DNA of 32,000 bases from Wolbachia endosymbiont of Onchocerca ochengi (GTDB lineage Bacteria; Pseudomonadota; Alphaproteobacteria; Rickettsiales; Anaplasmataceae), in contig NC_018267.1 of the NCBI RefSeq assembly GCF_000306885.1, forward strand, positions 210,001 to 242,000, in the 5' to 3' direction. The number at the start of each line of letters is the position of its first letter. The first letter of the stretch is position 1. The position numbers and the translations under genes were made by a program. Below are positions 1 through 10,323 of this stretch, one piece after another. The notes below the pieces were generated by a model that was not told the origin of the DNA, ran no database searches, and saw nothing but the letters and a program-made list of their open reading frames with translations.

Positions 1-126
1 TGTAGCTACTTGGTTAAAATCAAGTTCTCTGGATATTAGTGTCTGACTGCTTGAGATGATACTTTTCGAACATGATTTAAATTATAATATTTCTAAGGTT
101 ATACTAAAATGACAAAAGAAAAGATA

Positions 127-768
127 CTAGACCTTCTTACACCTTTTGCCATCAAATTCGCACAAATCATGAATTATGCACGCATCACACAATGGTTTTT
201 GTGCTTTGCAAGTATATCTACCATGCAAAACTAGCCAATGATGAGCATAGAACAGACATTTCTTTGGAACTATATTTAAAAGAGACTGCTCTGTTTTAAA
301 CACATCTTTTTCTTTCACAAGCCCAATTCTATTACTTACTCTAAAAACGTGAGTGTCAACTGCTAATGTCGGAATGCCAAGCCCCGAATTTAAGAACACA
401 TTAGCGCTCTTTCTTCCTACTCCTGGTAAAGATAGCAAATCATTAAAATTTACAGGAACTTTACTATTGTACCGCTCAATCAATATTTTGCTGAGCTTAA
501 TTATGTTTTTTGCTTTAGAATTATATAAACCGATGCTACTTATGTGTTTCTTTAGTTCACTCTGCCCAAGATTTAGTATTTTCTCTGGCGAATCAGCAAT
601 ACTAAACAGTTCTTCTGTAACTTTGTTAACACTCCTATCAGCTGTCCGTGCTGATAAAATTATCGCAGTCAGCAACGTAAAGTGATTAGTATAATTTAGC
701 TCTACTTTCGGTGTAGGGTTTGATTGGCTAAATCTTTCAAATACCAATCTTACTTTTTTCGGATCCAT
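127..768 (-). CDS. nth: Endonuclease III (Nth), DNA glycosylase/AP lyase
   Basis: 213-aa ORF with HhH motif LPGVGRKSAN (catalytic Lys), VDTHVFR (catalytic Asp), and C-terminal 4Fe-4S cysteines C-x6-C-x2-C-x5-C (CKAQKPLCDACIIHDLC). Confidence 0.96.
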   Translation of the reverse strand: MDPKKVRLVFERFSQSNPTPKVELNYTNHFTLLTAIILSARTADRSVNKVTEELFSIADSPEKILNLGQSELKKHISSIGLYNSKAKNIIKLSKILIERYNSKVPVNFNDLLSLPGVGRKSANVFLNSGLGIPTLAVDTHVFRVSNRIGLVKEKDVFKTEQSLLNIVPKKCLFYAHHWLVLHGRYTCKAQKPLCDACIIHDLCEFDGKRCKKV

Positions 769-2030
769 TCATAGAGCTAAAAGCTTATGCTACATTGTTT
801 ACCATATAAATTCAATTACCTAAAATCTAAACTGCTGTTTAGTGTTAACACTAGATAGGAACAATGTTTACTTCATCGAAACCTTTCAGCTAACTTACTA
901 GTCACCTCCACAAAAAAACTTTTTAACAATAAATATAATCGATATTAATATCGATGTGAATCGCATACTATTTCAATAGATCAGTTTCTTTTAAACTCTA
1001 TCTTTTCGAGAAAACAAGAAACCAGAATTTCAATTATTACTGCCAATACAAACAAAGAAATAAGTATACTTATATCTACAGTTAATCTACTAGTAATAAA
1101 GTTCGCTGCCTAGCTAATAGCTCATTTTATTCTTGAATGCATTGTAGAAACTACACAATTCTTACACTTTTTCATAAACAAATCAGAAGCTTAATTAATA
1201 AATGATATTAAACGCTACCATCTACCATAAAAATAGTAATACTTGTAATAGTTAATAGAGCTAAAGGTAAAACACTAAAGTCTGAATAAATAGCAAAGAT
1301 TCTGTTTTACGAATTTTAATACCTAATACTTTTCTACCTTAATTACACTCTTACCTTTTTCTAAGAGAATTAATATGTTAAATAATTGCATGCCTAGCTT
1401 CTTTGCTTGGTACTGATTTAGTTTTTATACTAACCTTTTAACCTTTATTACTTCCTCGAAATAACGCAATCCTAGATCTTGCGAAACTTTCTCCATTCTA
1501 ACGATAAGTCAACTACATTTCTCAAGTCCTTCCTAAATCAGAGGTCTTTACTTTTCAACATAGACATTAATTCTGTGTGATTTCTTGCAACTACCTCTTC
1601 CAGTAATACTTAATTTCTTAAATATCTCTTTCCTATAATGAAACTGACACGTTGCTAAATGTCCTTCACTTTCAGCATTAACACTAACTTTAACGCAAGG
1701 ACTTTACGAAACTCTACAAAAGGCTAATACATTTTTCCAATTCTCAATAAGATTTATAAATTTAACCAAATCTACCCTTCCCCTACTTTATCAGGATAAT
1801 TTATAACACCAGTATTTTATATTACCCCTAGAAACTAACAAAAACTTGATAGCCTTCACCTACAACTTACCGAGCTTTTATTCCTAATACATTAAAACAA
1901 AAAACCACACCATCAACCTCTGGCTAATTTAACTTAAAAATATCAACTTACTACTATATCTATCCTATACAAACACTAGGGTACTTAAGTGTAGTACACT
2001 TAAACAGTATACGCAAGTGGTTAATAATAA

Positions 2031-3455
2031 CTAAACAAAAAAACCTTCTTTCCTATCATATAAATACAACTTATCCATTCTTACCACGTCAAAACTGTTT
2101 TCTTCGAGTTTGATTAGTAAGTCATTTACATCGTTGTTTGTAACAGTTTTCTTCTCATTATTTACAATAAACCTACAGGTTACTTGATCGCTTGAAGACT
2201 TTGAACTTCCTGGCCAAATTGCAAGCCCTTTTGAATATATTGTGATAACCTTTAGATTGCTTAACTCAAATAACTTAACTAGTTGATCAAAATCTGCTGA
2301 TTTATTCCAGGCAAGCGTTACATCGCTACCAACTAATTTTCTCACTTTGTAGTTCTGCTCATAGTCATATCGTATACTCACTTTGCTATCACCTAAATTA
2401 CTACTGATTATAAATTCAGGCAATATCTTAGGCTTTTTCCCCAAATTATTTACAACAGCCTCTGCAAATTCTTTTGTACCAACTTTCCGTTTGCTCTTCT
2501 CCTTATACAAATCAGCAGTATGTATTCCATCTTCCAAAGTCTTTAACCATGCATTATAAATTAGTTTTGCAGCATCTACTTGATTTACGTAAATTAGCAT
2601 ATATACCGCAGCATTTAAAAGCCCAGAAGGATTAGCTAAGTTCTTTCCTGCAATATCAGGAGCAGAGCCGTGAACCGCTTCAAACATTGCGTATTCACTA
2701 CCTATATTACTACCACCAACTAACCCAATAGAACCTAAAATTTGGGCCATTATATCTGATAATATATCTCCATACAAGTTCCCAGTTACTATAACATCAA
2801 AATTCCCAGGTTCAGTGGCAACACGCGCCATTCCAATATCAACTACATAATGTTCTGCCTTTATATCTTGGTACTTCTCTGCAATGCGATTAAATGCTGC
2901 GCGGAAAGTGCCATCAGTCATTTTCATTATGTTATCTTTAGTTAAGCAAGTCACTTTCTTTCTATTATGCTTTTTTGCATATTCAAAAGCATATCTGCAT
3001 ATCCTCTCTGAACCGGATCTAGTAATAATTTTAGTGCATTGGAAAGAATTACCAGTAAGTCTATGCTCTATCCCCGTATAAACGTCTTCCTCATTTTCGC
3101 GTATTATAACGGTGTCAAACTTACCAAATTTATTTTCTATAATAGGATGATACGAAATGCACGGTCTAATGTTCGCGTATAGTCCAAGATTTTTTCTAAG
3201 TGCAACATTCAAACTTCTGTGTCCCTTACCTTGAGGAGTTGTTATCGGAGACTTAAGTAACACCTTTGTCCTTTCAATAGATTTCCAGCCACTTGGAGAA
3301 ATTCCGTTAGACCATTTCTTATCATAAACAAGTTTTCCTATTTCAATAACATCCACTGAGATCTTTGCTCCTGCTTCACACAATATCAACAGCACCGCTT
3401 CCATAATTTCTGGCCCGATACCGTCGCCATATGCAACTGTAATTGGTGTTGACAT
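2031..3455 (-). CDS. icd: Isocitrate dehydrogenase (rickettsial long form)
   Basis: ORF called to 3542, but family-like sequence starts at Met30 (MSTPITVAYGDGIGPEIMEA), giving a start at 3455. Motifs IIRENEEDVYTGIEH, NLYGDILSDI, AVHGSAPDIAGKNLANPSGLL. Confidence 0.95.
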   Translation of the reverse strand: MSTPITVAYGDGIGPEIMEAVLLILCEAGAKISVDVIEIGKLVYDKKWSNGISPSGWKSIERTKVLLKSPITTPQGKGHRSLNVALRKNLGLYANIRPCISYHPIIENKFGKFDTVIIRENEEDVYTGIEHRLTGNSFQCTKIITRSGSERICRYAFEYAKKHNRKKVTCLTKDNIMKMTDGTFRAAFNRIAEKYQDIKAEHYVVDIGMARVATEPGNFDVIVTGNLYGDILSDIMAQILGSIGLVGGSNIGSEYAMFEAVHGSAPDIAGKNLANPSGLLNAAVYMLIYVNQVDAAKLIYNAWLKTLEDGIHTADLYKEKSKRKVGTKEFAEAVVNNLGKKPKILPEFIISSNLGDSKVSIRYDYEQNYKVRKLVGSDVTLAWNKSADFDQLVKLFELSNLKVITIYSKGLAIWPGSSKSSSDQVTCRFIVNNEKKTVTNNDVNDLLIKLEENSFDVVRMDKLYLYDRKEGFFV

Positions 3456-3597
3456 AACTTCCCTGATATTAAAATGATTTAATGTTAATCTAAATAATAG
3501 AGCAGCACAAGTGATCGATACTACCGAAATTAGCATATTCATAGTTATTCAATAACATGTTTTTATAAGTATACAGTTATATTACAAAAGTAGGATT

Positions 3598-3786
3598 ATG
3601 GATACTGAAGTAAATGTTAAAGTAAATCATATAGGTTTCATAAGGAATACTATAGCAGAAATACTCAACTTTTTGATATCCTTCCCTGACTTTATCTACG
3701 CATATTCATCTATACATTATTAGATGATTTGGATTACTTTCATTTTCTGCTTCATCTACACTACCATAACACAATCTTCTACATCT
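3598..3786 (+). pseudogene. Possible remnant of an MFS-type transporter N-terminus
   Basis: Reading MDTEVNVKVNHIGFIRNTIAEILNFLISFPDFIYAYSSIHY* followed in the same frame by a hydrophobic stretch; only weakly like proP-type N-termini. Confidence 0.15.
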
Positions 3787-4458
3787 TTATAATTGAGCTA
3801 ATTTCATTTTAGTTTATGCTACTTAATTAATGTAAATAAACATTCTATGATAAATTTACAAACACGGTAGTGATAGATTACAAGCCTAATTAATACTTTA
3901 CGTGCTATAAAAGTGTAAACCTTAATAATATCTTTATCATCATATAAGATAGCTAAATTAACATTTACAAACTTACGATATGGTACACATAGTTTAGAAA
4001 AGTAAAGCTCACTAGTTTACGTACGTACAAAATTGGAGTCCAACACTACAAAGCTATATTTATCTATATATTAGCCTGTTCAATGATCTTATTGAGTTTT
4101 TCTATTACCTATACTGAAAAAGAAACCTGTAAAGATATAAGAAGCCTTTAATAACATTGCTAAGTATATAAAAGCAAAAACATAAAGATTTTGAAATTAT
4201 TGAAAGAAAAATGATAAACTTAATATCAAAATTACACAAAATTCTAGTAATAATTTCAGCACATATTCTACCTTATAAAGAGCAAAAAGCTCCTTTAAGT
4301 CCGGAGATGACGAAGCATCTATTCCTTTTTCTTACCAGGCCACTACAAAATTTCTTTATCATAAAATGCTTTAATCGGACTAGAAAACATTTATTACTCT
4401 AATAAAGAATTTTTGATAACAGTCTCAATATAACAACGATCTAGCGTTAAGTGAAAAA

Positions 4459-4772
4459 ATGCTGAAATTGTATGATATACACAAAAACTGTACTCTCCTA
4501 TTAGAAAATCTAGATCTGATCTATATAAAGAAGGAGAATCATACACACATCAAGAAATATATGATAGCTATAATTTCTCTTAACCGAGATAATATTTTTT
4601 ATGTCTATAATTTAGCTATTACTCTAGACAAGCTTTCAGATTTCAAAATGCTACAACATTCTATTTAAAGATATTAAATATGACAACAAATTCAAAAGAT
4701 ATAAATGAAAAAACACCCATACCTAATGTAGAGGCAAGAGCAAAATTGATAAAACTTTATAAAGATACTTAA
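4459..4772 (+). pseudogene. Decayed tetratricopeptide-repeat (TPR) protein fragment
   Basis: ORF 4459..4668 reads ...LLENLDLIYIKKENHTHIKKYMIAIISLNRDNIFYVYNLAITLDKLSDF. The adjacent frame continues FQNATTFYLKILNMTTNSKDINEKTPIPNVEARAKLIKLYKDT*. Spliced across one frameshift near 4640 it fits TPR helix spacing. Confidence 0.4.
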
Positions 4773-4889
4773 CAACTCCGTAATTTTAATATTATCTCAA
4801 CTATTCTAGACAAAATATCATAAAATTTAAGAAAAAGTTAATCATTATAAGGTAGCTTCTTTCTAAGAAGACAATACAGTAAGGTATAA

Positions 4890-5241
4890 ATGATAGTACC
4901 AAAGATAACTTACCAACCCGAGCCACCAAATAGAACAACAAAAGAATTATTAAAATTTATTCTAAATCTCTTTAATGCATTAGACAAACTATTTTCATCT
5001 GTTAAAAAGAAAGGAATACCTGCCAAAAATACTGAGATCCAATTTGCAGACGATAAACATATTCATGCTAAAACAAGATGGTTTTGAAAATGATAATCAA
5101 CTAAGCAGCTGCTATACTCTAGTAGCCAAAGAGCTTAGAGAAAAATCAATCGACTCACCACTTATATATGCTATTCAAGTAAACCCTGCTACAAAACAAG
5201 AGATCAAAAATAAAATGACAAATATATTTATGAAGGAATAA
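4890..5241 (+). pseudogene. Frameshifted hypothetical protein fragment
   Basis: Two overlapping ORFs (4890..5087 and 5044..5241) join across a single frameshift near KTRWF|ENDNQLSS into one soluble-looking reading of about 115 aa. Confidence 0.3.
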
Positions 5242-5967
5242 ATTTCTCAAAGAAGAATAAGCACATCCACAAAGAAATAGATCCTTCTAAAAGAAATAAC
5301 AATTTGTTTAAGTAGAGATTATCCCAATTAGAAAATATGCAATACAACAAGAGCCTATATATGCTAAAATCTCTGTGATAAAGGACGTAAGCTAGCTATA
5401 TATTAGCACAAGAAAGATCAATTATTCAACCAAAGTAAATTCCACTGTAAAAAGATTGGAAAAGAAAGTAAAATCTATAAAAGCTAATTTTAACATTTAC
5501 CATGGATAAGTAAAAGGCAGAAAAAACAACGGAAAGAAAAAAATAAACAAATAAATATAAATCAGAAACTAATACAATAACAGGTTAACAAAGAGGAGTT
5601 GTAGACTACACCACTAGAAAAACTGTTGGCACTAATGTAAAAAAGGTAAAAAATATGAATAAGGTTATGATTTTAACACAAAAATAGAACAATTAAGAGT
5701 AGAGCTTAGAATTCTCAACTCTAAAAAGAGAATTCAATTTATGTTAAATAAAGAATAATAGGAAATTATCGATATAAAATCATCGATACACCACTTTAAT
5801 TGGGTAGTTCACGAGAGTATTAAAAATAAGAGTAGTTATTTTCTTATTAAGAAGAGTCAAAAGATGCAAACTATTATAATGAAGTATATTTTTACAAAGC
5901 AAATGCTTTTTGGTAAGTAAATCGACCTTGCATTTTATCTAGTTATTGATATTCTGAATAAAGAAAT

Positions 5968-6041
5968 CGGGGCATGGCGCAGTCTGGTAGCGCATTTGGT
6001 TTGGGACCAAAGGGTCGGGAGTTCAAATCTCTCTGCCCCGA
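5968..6041 (+). tRNA. tRNA-Pro(TGG)
   Basis: Cloverleaf: acceptor CGGGGCA/TGCCCCG, anticodon stem TTTGG-TTTGGGA-CCAAA, T arm GGGAG-TTCAAAT-CTCTC; CCA not encoded. Confidence 0.95.
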
Positions 6042-6244
6042 TCCTCTATGTTGGTTTTGATACGTTTCAAAAACTCTGTCAATAGACTAAATTAATTAGT
6101 ACATGCATTACCTTTTTTATATATCAACGTTTAACTTTATGCTACCAACTACTAATGCATATCTTACAGTATACATTTCTAAATAATTTTAGAAAATATT
6201 GGTTATTAGATAACATAATCAAAAATTTTTTCTTGATGTTCACT

Positions 6245-7136
6245 ATGGTTAAAGCTGTACAAATTAAAAGAACTAGAGAAATAAAAGTATTAGAATTTGT
6301 TAATAGTAGGTATAAGTGAGCCAAAGGATGAAGAAGCTTAGTACGTCCGTTAGCGCTTGGAGTGGAAGCAGTGGAAGTTGTCGAAAAGCTTGGTAAGAAA
6401 ATAAGCAATGACTTACAGATTGGAGATAGGGTTGGGTACTGCACAGCTCCAACAGGGCCATATTGTGAGAAACGTGTTATACACCAGAAATATTTGATAA
6501 AGATTCCAGATGAAATACCGGATGAAATTGTACCCATAGTATTACTCAAAGGCATGATAGCTCACCATTTAATTAACCAATCCTATAAAATAAAACCTGG
6601 CACCGCTGTGCTTGTACGTGGAGTTAATGGTGGATTAGGGCAGATAATATGTCAATGAGCAAATGATAAAAAATGAGTAGTAATAGGTTCTATAAGCTCT
6701 GACGAAAAAATAAAGATAGCTTTACAAAATGGCTGCATATATGCAATAAATTATCATGATAAAGACTTTGTTTCTAAGATTATGGAGATTACGCAAAACA
6801 AAGGAGTATGTGCAGTGCATGATCCTATAGGCTATGCTACACAGCAAACTTTTTTTCGAGTCTTTAGGAAAGTTTGGCATATATGTTTCTATGGACAAAT
6901 ATCAGGCAATGTTTCGATTAGCTCTCCCTTTACTTAGTTCACGTTCATTATATCATCATAAGCACAACAGACTCACCCTAGTGCTCACTTGCAGCGGAAA
7001 TCTTTGAGATGATAAGGAAGAAACTTTTGACTGTATAAAGATTAACAAAAAGTACAAATTCGATGAAATAATAGAAGCTTATTTTGATATGGAGAACAGA
7101 AAAGCAAGTGGATTAAATATTATAAAAATCTCTTAA
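6245..7136 (+). pseudogene. Quinone oxidoreductase / zinc-less alcohol dehydrogenase family (Qor-like), degraded
   Basis: Fragments MVKAVQIKRTREIKVLEF..., LALGVEAVEVVEKLG, LQIGDRVGYCTAPTGPYCEKRVI, YKIKPGTAVLVRGVNGGLGQIICQ* (Rossmann glycines), HDPIGYATQQTF, FDEIIEAYFDMENRKASG, interrupted by several stops and frame changes. Confidence 0.85.
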
Positions 7137-7152
7137 GCAAATTTTGCCTACT

Positions 7153-9069
7153 TTAGCAGTAAGCAATGTTACTCTTAATTATCTCAATATTCTCCCTTGG
7201 TAGTTCCTTGATAAATCGCGAAGTATACATTGATTGCCACTGGTTATTCATTTCCCTTCTACCTGCACATGAAATAATTAACCTTTCTTTTGCTCTAGTT
7301 ATTCCGACATATGCAAGTCTTCTTTCTTCCTCTAAAGCTCTACCACTTTTATCTTCAAAGGATCTTTGATGCGGAAATAATCCTTCTTCCCAGCCAGGTA
7401 AAAACACGCATGGAAACTCAAGTCCTTTAGCTGCATGAAGAGTCATAACATATACAGTGTCATCACCACTCATATTATCGACTTCCGTCACCAAACTTAC
7501 ATGCTCCAAGAAAGTTGTGATATTATCAAAGTTTTTTAAAGATGAAATAAGTTCTTTAACGTTTTCTATCCGAGTTAAACCTATCACTTCCTCATTTTCA
7601 AGCATTTCCATATACCCTGATTGATCTGCTACGATTTTAACAAATTTATGCAATGGCTTTACGCTTACTATCTTTTTCCAAGCTTCAATTTTACTTAAAA
7701 AATCATTGAGTGAGAGCTTAATCCTTCCAATTACTTGATTGCTATCGACTAGTACTCTTGCTGCCCCAAAAAAAGAAGTCTTGTTATCTTGAGCAATTGT
7801 ATATATCTTTTTTAGAGTTGTAGTTCCTATACTCCGCTTTGGCCGATTTACAATCCTTTCAAAAGCCAAGTCATCATTGATGTTCACAACGAGTCTTAAA
7901 TATGCAATTATATCTCTGATTTCGTGACGTTCATAGAATTTTACACCGCTTATAATCTTATAGGGAATTGAATACTTTATAAAATATTCTTCCAGGATTC
8001 TAGTTTGAAAAATAGCTCTTACCAGGACCGCAATGTCACTAAATCTATATTTGTTGAGTTTTAATATCTGTTCACTTATGAACCTTGCTTCAGCCTTGCC
8101 ATCCCATAATTTTATTAGATTTACCTTTTCCCCTTCAGTATTTGTTGTCCATAATTTTTTTTCTAAGCGGGTTTTGTTATGATTAATAATATATGACGCA
8201 GTCGCAAGTATGTGGGATGTCGATCTGTAGTTACACTCCAATTTAACGGTTTTTGCATTTTTAAAATCGTTAGAAAATTTCAAAATATTTTCAACTTCTG
8301 CACCACGCCAACTGTATATTGACTGATCGTCATCTCCTACACAACAAATATTCGAATGTCCTTTTGCTAAATATTTCAGCCAAAGATATTGTATTACATT
8401 TGTATCTTGATACTCATCTACCACAATATATTTGAACTTGTTTTGGTAGTAGGATAGAGTTTCAGCCTCTTGATCAAAAAGTTGTATGTTGTACAATAAT
8501 AGATCACCAAAATCAACAGAGTTAAGGAACTTCAACCTTTCTTGATATTGGTTATAAACTTTAAGTGCAGTTACATATAAAGGTCTAAGTGATTGAATGC
8601 TCCCCACTTCAGACGGCAACAAGCACTTTTCTTTCCATTGCTGAATAACACTCATGACGGTCTTACATTTCTCTAAGAAGTAGTCGGGGTTTATTTCATT
8701 AATAATATTTTTTATTACCTGTAATTGATCATCCATACCAATAATTGTGAAATTAGAGTTTAAACCCACAATTTCAGCATGACGGCGCAAAATTTTTGCT
8801 GCAATAGCATGAAAGGTACCAAGCCATGGTATATTTACACCTGTAAGCTCAAGCACTCTCGATACCATTTCATTTGCAGCTTTGTTAGTAAATGTAACCG
8901 CTAATATCCCATTAGAACTAGCGTAACCATTTCTAATTATATGTGCTATTCTTGAAGTAATGGTTCTCGTTTTTCCTGTCCCAGCTCCCGCCAATATCAA
9001 AATTGGCCCATCTACATTAGTTACAGCTAATCGTTGTTCTGGATTCAGCAGTGAGAGATAATCGCCCAT
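7153..9069 (-). CDS. uvrD: ATP-dependent DNA helicase, UvrD/PcrA/Rep superfamily 1
   Basis: 638 aa; LNPEQRLAVTNVDGPILILAGAGTGKTRTITSRIAH (Walker A), VDEYQDTN (Walker B), CVGDDDQSIYSWRGA, VMTLHAAKGLEFPCVFLPGWEEGLFPH, EEERRLAYVGITRAKERL. Confidence 0.96.
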   Translation of the reverse strand: MGDYLSLLNPEQRLAVTNVDGPILILAGAGTGKTRTITSRIAHIIRNGYASSNGILAVTFTNKAANEMVSRVLELTGVNIPWLGTFHAIAAKILRRHAEIVGLNSNFTIIGMDDQLQVIKNIINEINPDYFLEKCKTVMSVIQQWKEKCLLPSEVGSIQSLRPLYVTALKVYNQYQERLKFLNSVDFGDLLLYNIQLFDQEAETLSYYQNKFKYIVVDEYQDTNVIQYLWLKYLAKGHSNICCVGDDDQSIYSWRGAEVENILKFSNDFKNAKTVKLECNYRSTSHILATASYIINHNKTRLEKKLWTTNTEGEKVNLIKLWDGKAEARFISEQILKLNKYRFSDIAVLVRAIFQTRILEEYFIKYSIPYKIISGVKFYERHEIRDIIAYLRLVVNINDDLAFERIVNRPKRSIGTTTLKKIYTIAQDNKTSFFGAARVLVDSNQVIGRIKLSLNDFLSKIEAWKKIVSVKPLHKFVKIVADQSGYMEMLENEEVIGLTRIENVKELISSLKNFDNITTFLEHVSLVTEVDNMSGDDTVYVMTLHAAKGLEFPCVFLPGWEEGLFPHQRSFEDKSGRALEEERRLAYVGITRAKERLIISCAGRREMNNQWQSMYTSRFIKELPRENIEIIKSNIAYC

Positions 9070-9769
9070 TTGCAGTTCTATAGATTACAACCTCTTAAAA
9101 TTAAACCCATGATCCAAATATTGTAAAGGCTTTATTGGATATAACAGTAAGAAATATACTATTCAACAAATAATATATAATGAAAACGCTTGAATTTAGC
9201 TATTTTTGTTCTAGTGGTATCAGGTGTACATCGAGCTAAGGTAACTTAATCTAAACTAAAACTTCTATTTGTCAGTTAGGCAGGTAGAACTTTGAATGGC
9301 TTAAATGTAAAGTTCAATTCCCGCATTTCTATTTTTTCAACTTTAATAAGAAGCTCAAAAGTATAGTAGTTATACGCTGCAGGTTATTTGATAAGATTCT
9401 TATATGTTTTTAACTAAGTTTCAATATTATACTATAAAATAATAAGCTTTTTCTCAAAACTCTTTCCATGATTTACTTAAACTAGTTGATGTGTTACTAA
9501 AGTAAATTACCATATAAATTCTCATGGAGTATTAATAACTTTCTTAACCTAGACTATCTTATATATTATAGTCTAAAAAAACAAATATATAACTATACTT
9601 TAAGCTACATTAACTAACAATACATTATACATAGGTAACAATCTATAAAACTATCATGATAAGTCAACCTCACTATTTGTATTATATAAAGTTTTTGCTT
9701 TAAACTTACTTTAGCAGCAAAAACTATTAAAGAACATCAATAAAGGTGTTGTTGCGTATATGCTACGGT

Positions 9770-9842
9770 GGGATTGGTAGGACTCGAACCTACGACCAAT
9801 TCGTTATGAGCGAACTGCTCTAACCAACTGAGCTACAATCCC
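9770..9842 (-). tRNA. tRNA with CAT anticodon, more likely Ile2(CAT) than elongator Met
   Basis: Minus strand GGGATTGTAGCTCAGTTGGTTAGAGCAGTTCGCTCATAACGAATTGGTCGTAGGTTCGAG...CCAATCCC. Anticodon loop CTCATAA; the TTGGTCG variable region resembles lysidine-type Ile2 tRNAs. Ends may be off by about 1 nt. Confidence 0.88.
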
Positions 9843-9883
9843 ATTCATTAGGATTTATAATACACACAAAAATAAACTTATCA

Positions 9884-10207
9884 TCACCTTATCTCACTAT
9901 CAATCCAACTTGATAAATCATTTATTGTACCAGTTTTACGTGCAATTTCTTTACCATCTTGAAATATGATTAATGTAGGTATAGATTGAATTCCCCATTT
10001 ACTTGGAACCTCAGTTCCTTCACCTACATTAAACTTGCAGACCTTGATTTTGCCTGTTCTATCTCGGGCTAATTGTTCAATACGTGGCATTAAACTTTTA
10101 CATGGTCTACACCACTCAGCCCAAAAATCTACTAATACAAACCCTTTATAGTCAGTGACCTCAAACTTAAAACTTTGATCATCTACTGATGTAACATTAC
10201 CATTCAT
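9884..10207 (-). CDS. trxA: Thioredoxin
   Basis: 107 aa with the thioredoxin fold signature: VLVDFWAEWCRPCKSLMPRIEQLA, cis-Pro in IQSIPTLIIFQDGKE. Active site is WCRPC instead of WCGPC. Confidence 0.93.
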   Translation of the reverse strand: MNGNVTSVDDQSFKFEVTDYKGFVLVDFWAEWCRPCKSLMPRIEQLARDRTGKIKVCKFNVGEGTEVPSKWGIQSIPTLIIFQDGKEIARKTGTINDLSSWIDSEIR

Positions 10208-10323
10208 AAAATACTCAACTTAATTCATACAATATAACGCACTTGCCAGTAACTAATCAATTAAATTATTACTAAATAGCCTAAAAAATTGTCATAAAGC
10301 CTACACATAAGCAAAAACTTCTG

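Noticed and set aside
353-685. 110-aa plus-strand ORF opposite nth
   Set aside because: Lies entirely antisense to a well-supported nth gene; hydrophobic, AT-driven shadow ORF.
2884-3081. 65-aa plus-strand ORF opposite icd
   Set aside because: Shadow ORF inside a confident CDS on the other strand.
3456-3542. N-terminal extension of icd
   Set aside because: The family-like N-terminus starts at MSTPITVAYGDG; the extra 29 residues are probably upstream untranslated sequence.
6142-6555. 137-aa minus-strand ORF
   Set aside because: Antisense to the quinone oxidoreductase remnant, whose plus-strand reading has clear family motifs.
7166-7369. 67-aa plus-strand ORF
   Set aside because: Antisense to the helicase C-terminus.
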